From Nemertoderma westbladi (Eukaryota; Animalia; Xenacoelomorpha): a DNA stretch of 64,000 nt. The notes beneath the pieces are model-generated. The model saw only the letters and a list, made by a program, of their open reading frames with translations, was not told where the DNA came from and made no database searches. Below, piece by piece: positions 47,434 to 60,300 of the stretch. How positions within the stretch are numbered: position 1 is the stretch's first letter; every line of letters starts with the position of its first letter. The position numbers were made by a program, and so were the translations under genes. The DNA is taken from assembly GCA_032718475.1 (NCBI GenBank), contig JAUCBJ010000697.1, positions 45,723 through 109,722 on the forward strand, read 5' to 3'.

Positions 47434-48780
47434 GTTTAGTTATACAGTTGAATGTCTACTACTATAGTTTCAGTTAAAGCAAGTCTAGTAATTCAGTATG
47501 ACCGCAAGCCTAGCAATTTATTACCGGTACCGTTACTCAGTGGAACGTGATATATATACAATATATTAGAATACCGGTATGCTTATAATATATAAGTATT
47601 ATTACAGACTAGATTTGTCACAGAGTACCGGTATATAATTTTAGCACAAATATATTATATATATATATAGTAGGCCTATAATGAATACCGGTATACAGCT
47701 TACACTTATAGTATATAAGTATAATTCTGGACTAGAATTAATTACAGAGTACCGGTATGATTTCAGCTCAAATTTATAGAAATAAATATAATAAGCCTAT
47801 TGTAAGTACCGGTATGTCAATTATTTTTAGAATAATTGAATTTCTGAATATTTTAGGGCTACTTGGTTACTTTAACTTACTTTGTTACCGTTATTTAAGC
47901 AGTAGTCCAACTGATAGTGAGACCTAGTTTTGTATGGCAGGCCTACTATTTATAAATCGTTTGAGTTGATTTATAATAGATATATACCCGTTTAAAAGGG
48001 TTTTTGACAATATTTGAAATAAATGTTATTATTTCTGGGGAAGTCACTACACAGAAGCTGAGCGCTCTCAGTGAAGTGTTATTTATTTGACACTAAAACT
48101 GATAATTCTAATTTACCTAAGTTACTTAATACTACAAATTACTTACGATACGGGTGAGATTAATTCTCTAATTAAACACAACAAAATATTACGGACGAAA
48201 TTTTTTAGGGTAATTTTACAGGAAGTCTACAAACCAGTCTAACAAAGGGTTAGATTTCTGGCTATTACAAAGGACAGGGTACTACGGTATTTAAATAATA
48301 AGTAGTAGTAAATATATTGTACGGTCCAGATAGGAAAATACCACCGCCTGACGACCTATAACCGTATCGCTATAGGTACAACGTTATGTATCACGGATTG
48401 TTCCTACCCAGAAGCTAATAGAGCTAACGAATGTGCCTATCAACCACTTTACAATACAAAAATACTGCCTACACTAATTACTTCGGAAGGCACTGTACTC
48501 TAAACCCTAAATTAGGTACAAGTACCGGTATAACAAATAATCAGTAGTTAAATATACTTGAACAGTTAAAAGAACCACGGCATCTGCCGGAGTGACCGAG
48601 GCACAAAGTCGTCAGTCTTTACCTACGCCAAGCAGCCCTGATGTAGTACCGGGGTTAGTTTAACTATAACGGTATGTATAACAAGCACAATTACTGTAGG
48701 AATAAACTTGGGGACATGAATGTTGCGAATAATCGCATAAACTCTGAATAATAAATATTACGCTACCCGTACAGAATACT

Positions 48781-49310
48781 CAAACAAATACAAACCAAAC
48801 GCTGGCAGACTACTATCAAGCCTAAACAAACTACTGTATGTGCAGATTCTGAAACTGTTAGTTAGTATGCGTGCTAACACGGTAGTACGACTTACTCTTT
48901 AAGAGGGGATTGACCTTACAGTGTTGACTGCCCCAACTTACTAACGGCACTTGATCAGACCAACTCTACACACGCAGCAATCCCTTCAGACCTAAAAATA
49001 GCTAGACAACAATCCAGCCTACAAATATTTGAGTAATAACTATTACGGTACCTGAACAGACCACACAAACAAACACAGGCCAAAACACTGGCAGACTACG
49101 ATCAAGCCTAAATAAACTACAGTATATGTAGACTCTGAAACTGTTAGTTAGTATGCGTGCTAACACGGTAGTACGACTTACTCTTTAAGAGGGGATTGAC
49201 CTTACAGTGTTGACTGCCCCAACTTACTAACGGCACTTTATCAGACAAACTCTACACACGCCGCAATCTCTCCAAACCCAACCACAGTCAGACAGCAGCT
49301 CAGCCTACAA
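48781..49310. repeat. ~290-bp tandem duplication in the B2 5' UTR
   Basis: CTGGCAGACTAC...CTGAAACTGTTAGTTAGTATGCG...CAGCCTACAA occurs twice here and once in B1 (~53910-54155). Confidence 0.85.
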
Positions 49311-49688
49311 TTATCTGAACAATCTGAGCAGGGTCACACGCCTTCTGCTCAATATTAGCCTACTAGTAAATAAAACTGACAGAAATAGACCTAAGTAAAA
49401 TCCCAATAAAAACCAGGCGTCCCCGATTTAATATCGAGACCTACCGGTATACAATAATCAAAATCGAATAATACTAATGTACTTATACAGCAGTGCCGGT
49501 ACCGGTGATGACAGTTAGGCCTACTGACCTACAGAAGCACCGGTTCAGTTTTACCAGTCACTACGGCACTTTGCAACCTTATTGCCTACTGCAATAAGAT
49601 TGTAAACCGTTACTGTTCTCCAGAACAGTATTAAACTGTATTTAATGCCTACACTTGCAACCTTATTGCCTACTGCAATAAGATTAAT

Positions 49689-49701
49689 TATAAACTGTTA
49701 C
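49689..49701 (-). other. B2 primer-binding position (non-tRNA; self-complementary to own LTR)
   Basis: GTAACAGTTTATA on - abuts the LTR end. Its complement lies at 50445-50433 on the - strand. Confidence 0.7.
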
Positions 49702-50932
49702 TGTTCTCGCTTTTGAAGACCTTTAGCAGTTTAACCTGCCAAATTTTATATGTCTTTTAGTTAATTAAAACCACTTTAGCATACGACAATAATTTATGCT
49801 AATACGCAAAACATTAGCCGAAATCAGCCCATGCGCGATCATTCACCCGATGGATCTACACCCGGGAGACTGAATTCGGATGCTTGAATTGTATTATTAC
49901 AGTGTAAGGTTGCAGTGTAAACTTACTGTATTATTCGATAGATCGTTATTAATTAATCTCTGACAGGTATTATTGGCTTTCGGGAAATATTAACAGTTCC
50001 TTTAGGACGTGGCGCTTTATCTATTTAAACAGAACTAAGACTTATACTAAACGCAACGATACTGCTTGGGATTGAAGTATAAAGCGTATTCTTTAGGAAA
50101 TACTTTGTTACCAATCACAATCATACACACTATTCTGCCGACAGTCAGTACATTTGATCACACATAAAGAGAGCAGTAATTGACTCACGTAGGGTCTGCT
50201 AAATAACATTGGATTCAATACACACCACATTAATATAAATCGCAATTGTTATGTATAGCCGGTCTCTCTAACCTGTAGTGTTATCAAGAAAATTGGGAAT
50301 TGGGTGATTTATCCGTATTATCCAAATAGCGATATTTCCATCAACAAATATTTACAATTAATAACTGACGGTAAAATAACAGTACAAACAATATGATTAA
50401 TGAGTTAGGTGATATTCGATTCGTGAGATTAGGTAACAGTTTATACTTTCGATAATTCAAGCAGTTTACGGTACAGCAGTATCTATCCAAAAATGCCGGT
50501 GTTTCTGGCTTAGACAGCAATAACAACAAAGTATCAAGAAAAAACAGTAAGACTGAACACTCTCCTTATGATCGGCAGAAAAGCTACACGTCGACAGGAA
50601 AAACCGCCCTGATTGGCCCAAGCCAAACAAAGAACCACGCGGCCAATGGCTGTTTCCATGTCAGCAACCAGCTGCTAGATGTCGTAATATGAATCATCAC
50701 GGCTAAACTGTGAAAGGTGGTTGATGCATTACAAGTTTTTTGTCTTACCATGTCCGCTAAAACACGTATATAGCAGAATGATTTTTATGTCCGTTAAAAC
50801 ACCTGTAAAGGTACCTTGCGGGCGAGGGGAATATATATACAGTTAGGAAACCCTTTTTAGAGTATTCCAGCGCCTGGGGGGGAACTGGCCAGCAAAGGCA
50901 AACGTATCAGTTATCCCACAAAAGCTTTTACA
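49702..50932 (-). repeat. B2 5' LTR
   Basis: Same length as the 3' LTR. Only two differences noticed by eye (49707, ~50496). CCAAT box on - at ~50611. Confidence 0.95.
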
Positions 50933-53066
50933 CTAACCTACTTTCCCTTACTGTTCCCTTGAACTGTTGAACAGTCTCCTGCATCTGCCCGAGCAGGAGA
51001 TCCATCCCCCGCCGTCCCTCATCCACCCACTCGACCGCTGAAGCAGGAGCCGCCAACATAGTAGCGGGTAGACGAGGGACAACGGGCGACAAATCATTGA
51101 TATTTCGCTCGGAGTCCAGGACAGGAACTGTCTCAGGGGCGGTTCTGTTGGGCACAGGTAGTTTAGTGCTGTGCAAAGGGAATTTAGAGGTAGGTTCTGG
51201 GAGTACAGGTGTCTCTATCACCGAAGGGGTGGCTTCGAGAACAGGCCTAATTATTTCAGGCTCATCTACTATAGTAGGGAGTCTTTCTACTCTAATAATT
51301 TGGTCTGTGGGTTCTGTACTACCTAAGTCTGTGCTAGCTAGTTGCCTTCTCACAGCTGGGGGCAAATCAGGCAATTTCTGACGGTGGGCATTCTTCTACG
51401 CCTGCTGAGACGAGATCTATTTCCTCCGCCTTCAGGATCTGTTGTATCGCCTTCATCCGATGATGTAAAGCCCTGTCGCTTGGGGGTGGATTGACTTTTA
51501 TCAGCTGCATCTGACTAGCTGTTATCTGTTTATTGAAGTTGTCTTGCTTCTCTTGAAGATTTTCCAACTCTAGTTGGGTTGTCTCTTCAGATGCCCTCCG
51601 TTCTACTTCTGCCACTGCCGCTGCCGCTTTTCTTTCTGCTTCTACTGCTGCAGCTGCCGCTTTTGCCTCTGCCGCTGCCGCTTTTCTTTCCGCTTCTACT
51701 GCTGCAGCTGCCGCTTTTGCCTCTGCCGCTGCCGCTTTTGCCTCTGCCGCTGCCGCTCTTCTTTCCGCTTCTACTGCTGCAGCTGCCGCTTTTGCCTCTG
51801 CCGCTGCTGCTTTTCTTTCCGCTTCTGCCTCTGCCGCTGCCGCTGCCGCTGCCGCCTTTCTTTCAACTTCTGCAGCTGCCGCTGCTGCTGCCTTTCTGTC
51901 TTCTATTCGTTTTTTCTTTAATTGTTCTTCCTGTTCCCTAACGATGTGGATTCTTTCATCAAATTTAGCTCGATCCGCTTCTAACCTTTCCGCATCTATT
52001 GCGTCCAACACAAACTTGGCTCCTTCACTATTAGGACGAAGTCCAGCCAGCCGTCTCCTCAACTCTTTGTCGTTGATCGTTGATAGTCCGACAGGTAGAT
52101 GTCAATAGCGTCTTTCTTCTGAGGTTTCTCTAATGTAACCTCGCTTTCCACCTGAGAAAAGGCAGCGTCTGTTGATTCTCCATGGGTGGAGCGCTCAGCC
52201 AGCTGAAATTTCCACTGGGCCGTTCCTTGAACCTTGAGACTCACCCGCTGGAACCAAGTCTTTACGGCAACTTGCAATGACGTGTCTTGTCTTCTTTTCG
52301 AAGCTTCCTCAAAGGCCGATAGGATTAGTCTGATTCTTAGAATTCTTTCTCGAACTTGATAAAGCAGCTCTCCCTGCTCTTGAGGTCCTTGGGTTTGTTG
52401 AAACAGTTGTTCCTCTAATCGCTCCAAAGAGCTGAAGAATCCCTGTACATATCCTGCTGCCGACCTCTTCCACACAGCTGGATCACTAGTGTCTTTTGTC
52501 ACACCCATCCTGTGTATGTCTTCCCAGGCAGCTTCCGATAAGTCAAACGGGAGTCCGGGTCCGGGGAAGTTCCATTGCGACTCGACAATAGACTTCAGTT
52601 CCTCCCTTGTGTATCCCGCATAACTGTCCTTGGTCGATCGCTTACTTCTCGCCCAATCAATTTGGTTTTCCTCCACCGCAATCAATACCCTAGTGAGTAC
52701 GGCTGCAGGAAGAATGAGAAGGGGATCCGAATAAACCGCATCTGCCATCTTTGCTCCGCGCTCGGGTGTCAGCTCTACAGTATCCGAACTACTGGAGCTA
52801 TCGGGCCGCTGAGAAATAAGTTCTCGGCTAGGGTATTGCTGTTGTTTGACAGCTGCTTCTTGATCCCGCTTGACTTGAGCCCGAGTGCCTATGATAGACC
52901 TACGATGTTGGACTAGCCTAGGGTCTGATACTACTACTGGAGGGATGATCTTTCTTACAGTAGGAGGTGAGTTGAACTTCGGTCTCAAACGTTCAGCACT
53001 CCTATCTGGGTCACAGATGGTTGTATCTAGGAGACTGTCTGACAGGTTTTGCTTTGTGTCAGACAT
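50933..53066 (-). pseudogene. B1 gag 5' part (frameshifted, expanded Ala/Glu/Lys coiled-coil repeat)
   Basis: ORFs 52059..53066, 51367..52062 and 50928..51374 are colinear with the B2 gag N-terminus. Confidence 0.9.
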
Positions 53067-54433
53067 GTTTGTTTGTACAGTTGTATACCTACTGCTATAT
53101 TACAGTTAAAGCAAGGCTAGTAATTCAGTATCAACTGTTAGCCTAGTAATTAATTACCGATATCGTTACTCTATGTAACGTGATATATATACAATATATT
53201 AGACTAAAACAAATAATTCTAATTTACTAAGTTACTTATTACTACAACTTATGTACAATTGCGGGGTGAGATTACAATCTCTAAATAAACACAAAATATT
53301 ACATGTACAAATTTTAGGGGTAATTTTACAAGAAATCTACAAACCAGCCTAACAAAGGGTTAGAATTTCTGGTTATTACAACGGACAGGATACTTCGGTA
53401 TTTGAAAATAATAAAGCAGTAGTAAATATATTGCATTGTCTAGATAAGAAAATACCACCGTCTGACGACTTATAGCCGTATCGCTATAAGTACTACGTTA
53501 TGTACCCGGAGTGTTCCTACCTAGAAGTTAATTACCGCAGCCTACTATAGCTAACGTGCCTATTAACCACTTTACAACACAAATATACTGCCTACAAACT
53601 AATTACCTTCGGAAAGCACTGTACACTAAACCCTAAATTAGGTACAAGTACTTATACAACAAATAACCAGCAGTTAAAAATACTTGTACAGCTAAAAGAA
53701 CCACGGTATCTGCCAGAGTGACTAGAGCATAAAATCACCAGTCTTTACCTACGCCAAACAGCCCTGATGTAGTACCGGGGTTAATTTAACTATAACAGTA
53801 TGTATAACAAGCACAATTACTGTAGAAATAAACTTGGGGTTGTGAATGTTGCGAATAATCGCATGAACTCTGAATAATAAATATTACGCTACCCGTACAG
53901 ACTACACAAACAAAATACAAACCAAATGCTGGCAGACTACTATCAAGCCTAAATAAACTACAGTATATGCAGACTCCGAAATGGTTAGTTAGTATGCGTT
54001 CTAACCGAGTAGTACGACTTATTCTTTCGGGGGGGATTTACCTTACAGCACTGGATGCCCCCACGTTCCTAACTAGTACTTTATCGGACATACACTCTAC
54101 ACACACTGCAATCTCTTCAGACTTAACAACAGTCAGACAACAGTCCAGCCTACAAATTATCTGTACAATCTGGGCAGGCTTATACGTCTTCTGCTCAATA
54201 TTAACTTATAGATAAATAAAACTGACAGAAATAAGTAAAATCTCAATAAAAAACCAGGGCGGCCGTCCCTGATTAAATATTAAGACCTACCGGTATATAA
54301 TTATCAAAAATCGAATAATACTGCTGTACCTGTACTGCTGTAAGTACCGGTTCGGGTGGTTAGGTAGTCAGGCCTATTGGTTACCGGTCGACCGGTACTT
54401 TTGCCCTTTATTGCCTACGTGCAATAAAGAAGC

Positions 54434-54445
54434 TATAACTGTTAT
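54434..54445 (-). other. B1 primer-binding position (non-tRNA; self-complementary to own LTR)
   Basis: ATAACAGTTATA on - abuts the LTR end. Its complement lies at 55929-55918 on the - strand. Confidence 0.7.
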
Positions 54446-56300
54446 TGTTCGCGCTTTTAGACCTTTAGCAGTTTAACCTGCCAAATTTAGGTGTCTTCTA
54501 GGTTATAAATCGACTTTAGCCTATGACGAGTATTTGATACACATAAGTTACATTAGCCGAAGCCAGCCTATGCGCGACCATTCACCCACGGTTAAGGGAG
54601 ACTGGATTCGGATGCTCTGACCTTATTGCGGTGTAGACCTACTGTATTATTCGATTGATCGTTAATATATAATCTCTGACAAATATAATTCACTTTCGGG
54701 AAATATTAACAGTTCCTTTAGGACGTGGCGCTCTAAGTATGTAAACAGAGTTATGACTTACACTAAACACAACGGGATGGCTAATGATTTACGTATAAAG
54801 CGCATTCTTTAGGAAATGCTTTGTTATCTGTCACACTCATGCACACTACCGCACACTGCTGCACACTGATCTGCCGACCTTCACTAATTTTAATAAGTAA
54901 GAAATAAGTTTAATTCGGAGTATAAAATATAATGTCAAGCAGTATATTAGGTACTATATATCTATATACAATTCGAATACGGTACGGCAGTACGGTAGGG
55001 CCTAGGCAAAAGAAATATATTTCAACTGCAGTAGGCCAAAGTAATAGGACGAGAAAGTAGGTTGTACTCCCGTTTAGTTCTCGAGAGTTTACATATAAAG
55101 AAGTTAGGACATCAAGCAATAAACAAACGGGTTTCAGTTGAGGTTGATAACTTTAGCGCAGGAAAAATTAATAAAATCCAATTTAATGATTGACAATGTG
55201 AGAAAAAAAAAATGGTGTGTGTGTGTGTGGGGGGGGGGGGGGGGTTGGTTGTAGATTATATTATGTTGTGTGCTATATAGTTGTGATTATACTGTAGTTA
55301 GGTAATTTCATTTATGTGTTTATTTGGTAATAGTAATAATTTGTACTGTAGTAAGTTCGTTTTGTGCAATATCTATCTCATCTCATACTGTATAAGAATT
55401 TATATTTAAGCAACAGATGTACCACTACCGGTTACCTGATTCAGTGATTGATAATGGCTGCGATCTGCAGTTGAAATATATTTCTTTTGCCTAGGCCCTA
55501 CCGTACTGCCGTACCGTATTCGAATTGTATATAGATATATAGTACCTAATATACTGCTTGACATTATATTTTATACTCCGAATTAAACTTATTTCTTACT
55601 TATTCTTACCCTTTCATCTAATTTTAATCATATATAAGGAGAACAGCAACTGACACATGTAGGGTCTATGAAATAGCATTCAATTCACTCCAAAACCACT
55701 ATAATGTGAGTCGCAATTGCTATATGTAACCGGTCTCTCTAACCTTTAGTATATCAAGAAGATTGGGGTTTTATGATTATTTATCGATATTTTCCAAATA
55801 TAACAACATTCCATCAACTGATAACAATTAATAACCGACAGTAAATAGCAGTAAAATAATGCGTGTTTGTATGTGATCAGGTTTGACAATATGAGCAGTT
55901 TGTGACAATATGGTTTGATAACAGTTATACGTTTCTATGATCAAAGCCGTTCTAATGTTTGGCTAAAGTCTGAAACACAGAATAATTCCACAGCCGATGT
56001 TCTGGGCTCAGGAAAAAAGGTAAACAAAGACCATAATGCATTGCGCGATTTCCCGGAGGCTTCTGTACAAATAAAATGAAAATCGCTCTGATTGGTCGAG
56101 TGAGTGAGCCGGAACAAAGAAAGCCAAAAGCTCCACATCGACATATCAGCTGATAGATGTCGTCATCTGAACTACACTGTATTAAGAGTATTTTGGCGCA
56201 TTGCGGCATAAAATTGCTTGTTATGTCCGCTAAAGTACACATACAGAAAAAATGGCTTTTTATGTCCACTAAAACACCTACACAGTAAGAAAACGGCTTT
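54446..56300 (-). repeat. B1 5' LTR, interrupted by a 723-bp foldback insert and cut by a LINE at 56300
   Basis: Colinear with 30434-~31545. Confidence 0.92.
54895..55617. mobile_element. Non-coding foldback insertion with ~137-bp inverted repeats
   Basis: IRs ~54895-55031 and ~55465-55601. TSD CTAATTTTAAT at 54884-54894 and 55618-55628. Absent from the 3' LTR. Confidence 0.88.
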
Positions 56301-56376
56301 AACTGTCGTAGCTTGCCAAAAAACTTTTCAGCCATTACAGATTTTTTATTTTCACTAAATCATACTTTCGAAGTAC

Positions 56377-56566
56377 TGTGGCAGCCCCACTGACATACAT
56401 ATTATACAGTCCCAAAACGTTGTTATTACGGTTGCCTAGCAACCCTAGAGAGGAACTCTTAGGCCCACCTACAGAACTGTACGACAGTACTGCGGTATGC
56501 CATCAGCGATCGCTCGAACTTGAGTCTACATACGTTTTCATTTCGTGGCTAGACGCCATCTCCACA
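56377..56566 (+). repeat. Gypsy 5' LTR
   Basis: TGTGG...CCACA, followed by PBS TGGTGACCC at 56568 (tRNA-Trp-like). Confidence 0.96.
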
Positions 56567-56671
56567 TTGGTGACCCAGCGTCTCAAGACGAACTCTTGAG
56601 ACCGCGACTCGCAGCATGATCCTGCAATCAAACTGATCAGCCACCGAAACTGTGTTGACGACAATCAGACA

Positions 56672-57376
56672 ATGGCCGAAGCGACCGCCAACGCCGTTTC
56701 TATTAAGCTGCCTCCGTTCTGGACCACCCAACCCGAGGTGTGGTTCGCCCAGGCGGAGGCACAGTTCCACATTCGCAGCATCACCGAGGACGCTACAAAA
56801 TATTATTACGTGGTGGGGGCCCTCGACCAGGAGACAGCCGCTCGCCTCCTAAAACTCATCCAGAACCCTCCCGCTACTGAGAAGTACCTCAAACTCAAGG
56901 GCCAACTTCTCAAGGCCTTCGGGCTCTCCCGACGCGAGCGCGCAGCCCGACTCTGGGACCTCGACGGCCTCGGTGACCGGCGCCCCTCGCAACTCCTCGG
57001 AGAAATGCAGGCGCTCCTCGGCGACGACAACGCGGGACTCCTCTTCGAGGAGGCCTTCCTCCGGCAGATGCCCGCCGCAATCCGCCTCCAACTCGCGGAG
57101 GAGGACTTCCGCGACCTCGACAGGGTTGCGGACCGGGCCGACGCGCTGTGGGAGGCCTCCCGGCAGACCTCACTCGCGGCCCACGCTGTCAGGAAACCGA
57201 CGCCGGTCCCGCCGCAGCGAACCGGCAAGAACTCCTCGTCGGCATCGACTCCCGCCCCGCGGGCCCCGAACTCGAACCCGGACTGGTGCTATTATCACCA
57301 GACGTTCGGCCCCACAGCCAGGAAGTGCCGCCCGCCCTGCAGTTACCAGGGAAACGCCCCGGCCGGCCGTTTGTAG
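56672..57376 (+). CDS. gag: Gypsy gag
   Basis: KLPPFW...[10 protein letters not shown]-terminus and the [22 protein letters not shown] motif. Confidence 0.93.
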   Translation: MAEATANAVSIKLPPFWTTQPEVWFAQAEAQFHIRSITEDATKYYYVVGALDQETAARLLKLIQNPPATEKYLKLKGQLLKAFGLSRRERAARLWDLDGLGDRRPSQLLGEMQALLGDDNAGLLFEEAFLRQMPAAIRLQLAEEDFRDLDRVADRADALWEASRQTSLAAHAVRKPTPVPPQRTGKNSSSASTPAPRAPNSNPDWCYYHQTFGPTARKCRPPCSYQGNAPAGRL

Positions 57377-57394
57377 CAGCTACAACGGCCGGCC
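57349..57394 (+). promoter_or_regulatory. -1 ribosomal frameshift signal
   Basis: Slippery G GGA AAC (57349-57355), a 5-nt spacer, then hairpin GGCCGGCCGTTTGTAGC-A-GCTACAACGGCCGGCC. Confidence 0.85.
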
Positions 57395-60300
57395 ACACCG
57401 ACCTGCTGCTGTTTGCCTGGGACCGCGTTTCCGCGCAACGCTTCTTGGTCGACACCGGGGCGGAGGTAAGCGTTATTCCCGCGACGACTCGCGAGGAACG
57501 TTCGGGACAGAGCGGGCCGCCCCTCCTCGCCGCCAACAAAACGTACATTCGAACGTACGGCCACCGCTCCGTCAAACTCGACTTCCACTCCCGCCGTTTC
57601 CAGTGGAAGTTTATCGCGGCCGACGTCGCCCAGCCTCTCCTCGGAGCCGACTTCCTCCGAGCGAACAACATGTTGGTCGACCTGAGAGGCCGTCGTCTGG
57701 TCGACGCCGAGACGTTGACCTCGATCCCGTGCGGGCGGACTACGGGCCACGCCCCCCACCTCGGTTCTGTCACCGCCTCGGACGACGAGTTCGCTCGGCT
57801 CCTCGCCGAGTTCCCCGATATTACGATCCCTCGGTTCTCCGACCCCACCGCTAAACACGGGGTCGAACATTACATCCCCACCGAGGGACCCCCGGTCTAC
57901 TCCCGCGCCCGTCGTCTGCCTCCAGACAAACTCGAGATCGCGCGGGACGAGTTCCGGACGATGGAGGAGATGGGGATCATCCGCCGGTCCAACAGTCCAT
58001 GGGCGTCACCCCTCCACATGGCCCCTAAACCCTCGGGTGGATGGCGGCCGTGTGGCGACTACCGACGCCTCAACGACGCCACGATTCCGGACCGGTACCC
58101 CATCCCCCATATCCAGGACTTCTCCTCCAGACTGGCTGGGGCGAAGATCTTTTCTAAGATCGATCTGGTGCGCGGCTACCACCAGATCCCCGTAACCGAG
58201 GCCGACATCGCCAAGACCGCGGTTATAACCCCGTTCGGCCTGTTTGAATTCCTTCGAATGCCGTTCGGGCTGAAAAACGCGGCCCAGGCCTTCCAGAGAC
58301 TGATGGACACGGTGTGCCAGGGACTCGACTTCCTCTTCGTCTACCTAGACGACGTCCTCGTCGCGAGTCGGTCCCCTAAGGAACACCGTGACCACCTCCG
58401 TCAGCTCTTCGCGCGCCTCCAAGAACACGGCCTCGTGATCAACCTCGCCAAGTGCGAGTTCGGTCGGTCGACCATCGACTTCCTCGGCCACCGAATCTCG
58501 GCCCACGGCGCCTACCCGCTCCCCGACAAGGTCGCCGCCATCCGTGAGTTCACCCAACCGACCACCGTCAAGGGCCTGCAGGAGTTCGTGGGGATGGTGA
58601 ACTTCTATCATCGGTTCGTCCCCGCGGCCGCCGCCATCATGCGGCCCCTCTACGCGGCCCTTGCCGGTAAACCCAAGTCCCTCGACTGGACCCCCGACAT
58701 GGCGGCGGCGTTCCGGAACGCCAAGGAAGCCCTCGCCAATGCCACGATGCTCGCCCACCCCAACGCCAACGCACCGACGGCGCTCACCGTGGACGCATCC
58801 GGCACGGCGGTGGGCGCCGTTCTAGAACAGCTCGTCGGCGACTCGTGGCGCCCCCTGGCGTTCTTCAGCCGCCAACTTCGACCCCCGGAGGTGAAGTACA
58901 GCGCGTTCGACCGGGAACTCCTCGCGCTGTACCTCGCTGTTCGCCACTTCCGGTACTACCTGGAGGGCCGCGTATTCACCGCCTACACAGACCACAAACC
59001 CCTGACGTTCGCATTCGCCAAGATCAGCGACCCGTGGTCGAATCGGCAACAACGGCACATCGCCTACATTTCCGAGTTCACCACGGCGATCGAACACGTC
59101 GCTGGCAAAGACAACTGTGTGGCGGATGCGCTCTCCAGGACTACGGTCAGCGCGGTTCGAACCCTCCTCCCCGGCCTCGACTACACGGCTATGGCGGCTG
59201 CCCAACTCGCCGACCCCGAGCTGCCAACCTACCGCTCCGCCGTGTCCGGCCTCCAACTGGAAGACGTCCCGCTCGCCCCCGCCAACGCCACTCTACTTTG
59301 CGACGTTTCTCTCGGACACCCGCGCCCCGTCGTCCCCGTCGCCTGGCGACGGCGCGTCTTCGACGCCCTACACGGCCTGTCTCACCCCGGCGCTCGTACC
59401 ACCAAGAAACTCGTCGCCGACAGGTTCGTGTGGCACGGCCTCCGCAAAGAGGTGGGCGAGTGGGCGAAGACCTGCATCCCTTGCCAGTCTTCCAAGGTGC
59501 AACGCCACGTTCGCGCGCCCCTCGGCACCTTCGCCACCCCCCACCGCCGGTTCGACCACATCCACGTGGATCTGGTCGGCCCTCTACCACCATCGCGCGG
59601 GTTCACTCACCTGCTGACGATGGTAGACCGGTTCACTCGGTGGCCAGAGGCCGTGCCCCTCACCGAGACCTCCACCGAGAGTTGCGCCCGGGCTCTCATC
59701 TCCATCTGGATATCTCGGTTCGGCGTCCCCGCGGATCTCTCCTCCGACCGCGGTTCGCAGTTTACCTCCCAGCTCTGGTCCGCCGTCAACCAGCTGCTGG
59801 GCACCCAACTGCACCGCACCACGGCCTACCACCCACAAGCGAACGGACTGGTGGAACGTTTCCACCGCCACCTAAAGTCCGCCCTGCGGGCCTCGCTCAC
59901 CGGCCCCGATTGGGTCGACGAGTTGCCGTGGGTTCTCCTCGGAATCCGGACCGCTCCCAAGGACGACTTGGGGACCTCCTCCGCCGAGCTGGTCTACGGT
60001 GCCCCCCTCACCGTCCCGGGCGAGTTCCTTCCGCCGGCTACAGGCGCCCAGCACTCGCCGTCCACGATCCTCCCTCAACTCCGGGATACGGTCGGGCGGT
60101 TCGCTCCGGTACCGACGTCACGCCACGGACTGACTCCGTCGTCGGTTCCACCGGACCTCCACGACGCTACCTACGTTTTCGTCCGGCGCGACGCCCACCG
60201 GACGCCATTCGAACGCCCCTACGAGGGGCCTTACAAGGTCCTCACCCCCGGACCCAAAACATTTAAGATCGAGATGGGCGGTCGAACTGAAACGATTTCA

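Larger units (their letters stand above)
38411..50932 (-). mobile_element. BEL/Pao element B2, complete LTR-to-LTR, non-autonomous, nested in B1 gag
   Basis: 1231-bp LTRs and a 5-bp TSD CTAAC (38406-38410 and 50933-50937). The B1 gag sequence resumes on both sides. Confidence 0.96.
30434..56300 (-). mobile_element. BEL/Pao element B1 (non-autonomous, multiply interrupted)
   Basis: Paired LTRs 30434-31617 and 54446-56300, PPT, degenerate gag-pro and accessory ORF. Interrupted by B2, a LINE fragment, a foldback insert and a CR1-group LINE. Confidence 0.9.

Noticed and set aside
48661-48673. TAACTATAACGGT match to the I-CeuI/LSU rRNA site
   Set aside because: Only 13 bp, not conserved in B1 (TAACTATAACAGT), and no flanking rRNA sequence.
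56378-56390. GTGGCAGCCCCAC resembling a dicistrovirus IGR IRES stem-loop
   Set aside because: It is the LTR terminus and none of the other IRES domains are present. Likely chance.
56806-60266. Many overlapping ORFs on both strands of the Gypsy
   Set aside because: Expected from high GC and codon bias. No recognisable motifs.
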